The notes under the pieces are model-generated. The model was not told the origin of the DNA. It worked only from the letters and a program-made list of their open reading frames with translations, and ran no database searches. From positions 33,190-97,189 of the forward strand of contig DATLZY010000005.1 of assembly GCA_035573755.1 (NCBI GenBank): 64,000 nucleotides of DNA, written 5' to 3'. This document shows, one piece after another, positions 61,832-64,000 of this stretch (position 1 is the stretch's first letter; each line of letters starts with the position of its first letter). The position numbers were made by a program, and so were the translations under genes. The stretch is from Candidatus Acidiferrales bacterium (lineage in GTDB: Bacteria; Pseudomonadota; Gammaproteobacteria; UBA5335).

Positions 61832-62620
61832 ATGGCTATTCAAATCGACACCAGCAATCGTACCGACGCCGATCGAGCGCCGCGGGGAAAAGCGGTCATC
61901 AGCGTCAAGGATCAGATGCAGGCGTGGCGTAACGCCGATCTGTTTTTCTTTCCGCTTATCTCCATCTTGATCGGAGGCGCTGCAGTCTTTCTGTGCGCGC
62001 TGACCGTCGGGGATTGGAGTTACTGGATGGATTGGCGGGATCGGCGCTGGTGGCCTCTGTTGACGCCTCTGCTGTTGCTCGCCTTACCTGCCGTAGCCAC
62101 CTATGCGTTCTGGAAGTATTTCAAGTTGCCGGTTGCGGCAACAGGCTTGGCATTGGGATTCTGGCTTTCCCAGATCGTCAGCCGATATGTGAATTTTCAT
62201 GTATTCGCGGCATTTCCGATGAATTGGGTCATGCCGGAAGTCTGGATCGGTGCGGCCGTCGTTCTGGATGCCGTGCTGCTGATCACCCGCAGCTTCGCCC
62301 TGACCGGATTGGTTGGCGGCATGCTGTGGGGTCTTTTATTTTCGGCCATGAACTGGCCCGTGGTAGCACCCATGCACATGGCGGTTCAATTGGGTGACAA
62401 CGTGATGACTCTGGCCGACTACATGGGCTTCCAGTACATCCGCACGGCCATGCCCGAATATGTGCGCATCATCGAAGCGGGCACATTGCGTACGTTCGGG
62501 ACTCATGTCGCTCCGGTCAGTGCCTTCGTTTCGGGATTCTTTGCCATCTTGGTCTACTACGTCTTCGTATGGATCGGCTCCAAGGGTTCCCGGCCGTCCT
62601 GGCTGGTGAAGCTGGTATGA
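61832..62620 (+). CDS. pmoA: copper membrane monooxygenase subunit A (PmoA/AmoA family), divergent
   Basis: 262 aa. GDWSYWMDWRDRRWWPLLTP, NWPVVAPMHM, YIRTAMPEYVRIIEAGTLRTFG and VAPVSAF blocks parallel canonical PmoA/AmoA. The remainder is divergent. Confidence 0.9.
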   Translation: MAIQIDTSNRTDADRAPRGKAVISVKDQMQAWRNADLFFFPLISILIGGAAVFLCALTVGDWSYWMDWRDRRWWPLLTPLLLLALPAVATYAFWKYFKLPVAATGLALGFWLSQIVSRYVNFHVFAAFPMNWVMPEVWIGAAVVLDAVLLITRSFALTGLVGGMLWGLLFSAMNWPVVAPMHMAVQLGDNVMTLADYMGFQYIRTAMPEYVRIIEAGTLRTFGTHVAPVSAFVSGFFAILVYYVFVWIGSKGSRPSWLVKLV

Positions 62621-62640
62621 GAAAGACAGGAGTGACCGCG

Positions 62641-63957
62641 ATGGAAAGGCTGGATCGACGCGGATTGCGTAACGCTCTTCTCATGGTCCTGATGTGGGCT
62701 CTGTTGGTGCCGGTGACCTATGGGCATGGCGAAATTGCCCAGATGGCGGGCATTCGCATGCGAACCATTCACTGGTTCGATACCGAGATACAACCGACTC
62801 AGGTCAAGGTCAACGATATCGTCACGGTACGGGGCAAATTCATGGTTTCCGGACATTGGCCAGATTACGTGGCGAAGCCGGAGGAGTGGGTTTTTCTGAA
62901 CATCGGTGTTCCGGGACCCGTCTTCGTCCGCTTGGACACCACCATAAACGGCATGCCGCAGTATCAATCAACTGCGTTCAAACGGGGTGAATTCTACGAG
63001 TACGAAATCAAGCTCAAGGCTCGGGTGCCCGGTGAATGGCATGTGCACCCGCTGATCAACGTTTGGGAGGCGGGCCCTATTGCAGGGCCAGCGCGCTTTG
63101 TCCAGATCAGCGGAGACAAGGCAGATTTCGTTAATACGGTCACACTGATGGATGGCGAATTGGTGGACGTGGAGAACTATGGCCTGTCGTCCATGTGGTC
63201 GATCCACTTGCTGTGGGTGCTCGTAGGCCTGCTCTGGATCGGTTATTGGTTCCGGCGACTGCCGGTCATGATGTACCGCTATGTGATGGTCAAGGAACAT
63301 GGAGAACTCGAGGCTGAACGGCGACTCATCAGCATCCAGGACATTGCCGTCAGCGTAACTTTTGTAGTAGCGATTATCGGTGTGACCTTGGGGTTGATGG
63401 TGTGGTCCTTCGATCGCTGGTCGATCACAATCCCCTTACAAACCGGAAAAGTCGAAGCGCCGGTGATCCCGTTGCCTGAATCCCAACAACAGGTGGATGT
63501 CAAGGTCAACAGGGCCCAATTCGATCTGCCGTCGCGACGCCTGGACATGGCGCTCGAGGTGACCAACCGGTCGACCGAGCCGGTTCGCGTCGGAAAGTTC
63601 GTCACTGGTTATGCCCGTTTCATCAATCCGGCGGTACTGGAGGATATGAAGCATGACCGTTACGATCCAGTGGCTCCGACAGGGTTGAGCAGCGACGTCG
63701 AGTGGATCGAGGCGGGCCAGAGCCGCTTGATCAATGTGACATTGGCTGACGCTCTATGGGGCGAACAGCGGCTGACCGACATCGTAGCAGAGCCTGATCT
63801 GCGTTTCGCCGGATTGATGTTCTTCTACTCAGCCGATGGGCAACGTCATGTTCGTGAGATTGGCGCTCGTATGACACCCAATTTTTTGCCGGGTTATGTT
63901 CCGGTCAACCGGCACGGCGGGCATGTGACATTGGAAAATCGTGGGTCAATGGGCTGA
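62641..63957 (+). CDS. pmoB: copper membrane monooxygenase subunit B (PmoB/AmoB family)
   Basis: Signal peptide ends ...VPVTYG, followed by HGE, the N-terminal His of the CuB site. MRTIHWFD and the GEWHVHPLINV HxH motif are present. Two C-terminal-half TM helices. AGGAG RBS for the ATG at 62641. An alternative ATG at 62617 overlaps the pmoA stop. Confidence 0.9.
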   Translation: MERLDRRGLRNALLMVLMWALLVPVTYGHGEIAQMAGIRMRTIHWFDTEIQPTQVKVNDIVTVRGKFMVSGHWPDYVAKPEEWVFLNIGVPGPVFVRLDTTINGMPQYQSTAFKRGEFYEYEIKLKARVPGEWHVHPLINVWEAGPIAGPARFVQISGDKADFVNTVTLMDGELVDVENYGLSSMWSIHLLWVLVGLLWIGYWFRRLPVMMYRYVMVKEHGELEAERRLISIQDIAVSVTFVVAIIGVTLGLMVWSFDRWSITIPLQTGKVEAPVIPLPESQQQVDVKVNRAQFDLPSRRLDMALEVTNRSTEPVRVGKFVTGYARFINPAVLEDMKHDRYDPVAPTGLSSDVEWIEAGQSRLINVTLADALWGEQRLTDIVAEPDLRFAGLMFFYSADGQRHVREIGARMTPNFLPGYVPVNRHGGHVTLENRGSMG

Positions 63958-63970
63958 GTGCGCCGCTCTC

Positions 63971-64000
63971 GGGATCAGGCCGAGTCTTTGGCCTGATCCC
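63971..64000 (+). terminator. 11-bp hairpin after pmoB (possible terminator; tail is cut by the window end)
   Basis: gggatcaggcc-N8-ggcctgatccc begins 14 nt after the pmoB stop. A downstream T tract cannot be assessed. Confidence 0.45.

Overview
64 kb of a high-GC proteobacterial chromosome, with about 65-68% GC in hand-counted 60-nt lines of core genes. Gene order is gammaproteobacteria-like: asd-fimV-truA; yceD-rpmF-plsX-fabH; rsmD next to ftsYEX; and zapA-ssrS-5FCL opposite ygfB-pepP-ubiH-ubiI-gcvTH-gcvPA/PB. I support about 60 CDS, mostly housekeeping: leucine, fatty-acid initiation, cell division, ubiquinone, glycine cleavage, the SAM cycle (metK, ahcY, metF), ugd, thiolase and etfBA. 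Two RNA elements are invisible to the ORF track: a 6S RNA (ssrS) and an SAH riboswitch ahead of ahcY-metF. There are also several clear intrinsic terminators. I found no tRNA, rRNA or CRISPR array. Four segments stand out. (1) At the 3' end sits a divergent copper membrane monooxygenase operon (pmoC-pmoA-pmoB order) with all canonical copper ligands intact. Its GC is lower than the core, and it abuts a 5'-truncated IS3-family element that also cut an acyl-CoA ligase gene. (2) A second, orphan pmoC-family gene with its own terminator follows fabH, where fabD-fabG-acpP-fabF normally sit. (3) A low-GC island carries a GT1 (MGT-type) glycosyltransferase, a sulfotransferase and a TVP38-family membrane protein. 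(4) A four-gene module encodes an outer-membrane barrel, a secreted FMN-binding protein with an SGAT flavinylation motif, ApbE, and a His-rich 4-TM protein, preceded by a Fur-box-like site. All calls rest on reading the translated ORFs and the DNA by eye. No database search was run. Identities are hand counts where stated and otherwise qualitative.
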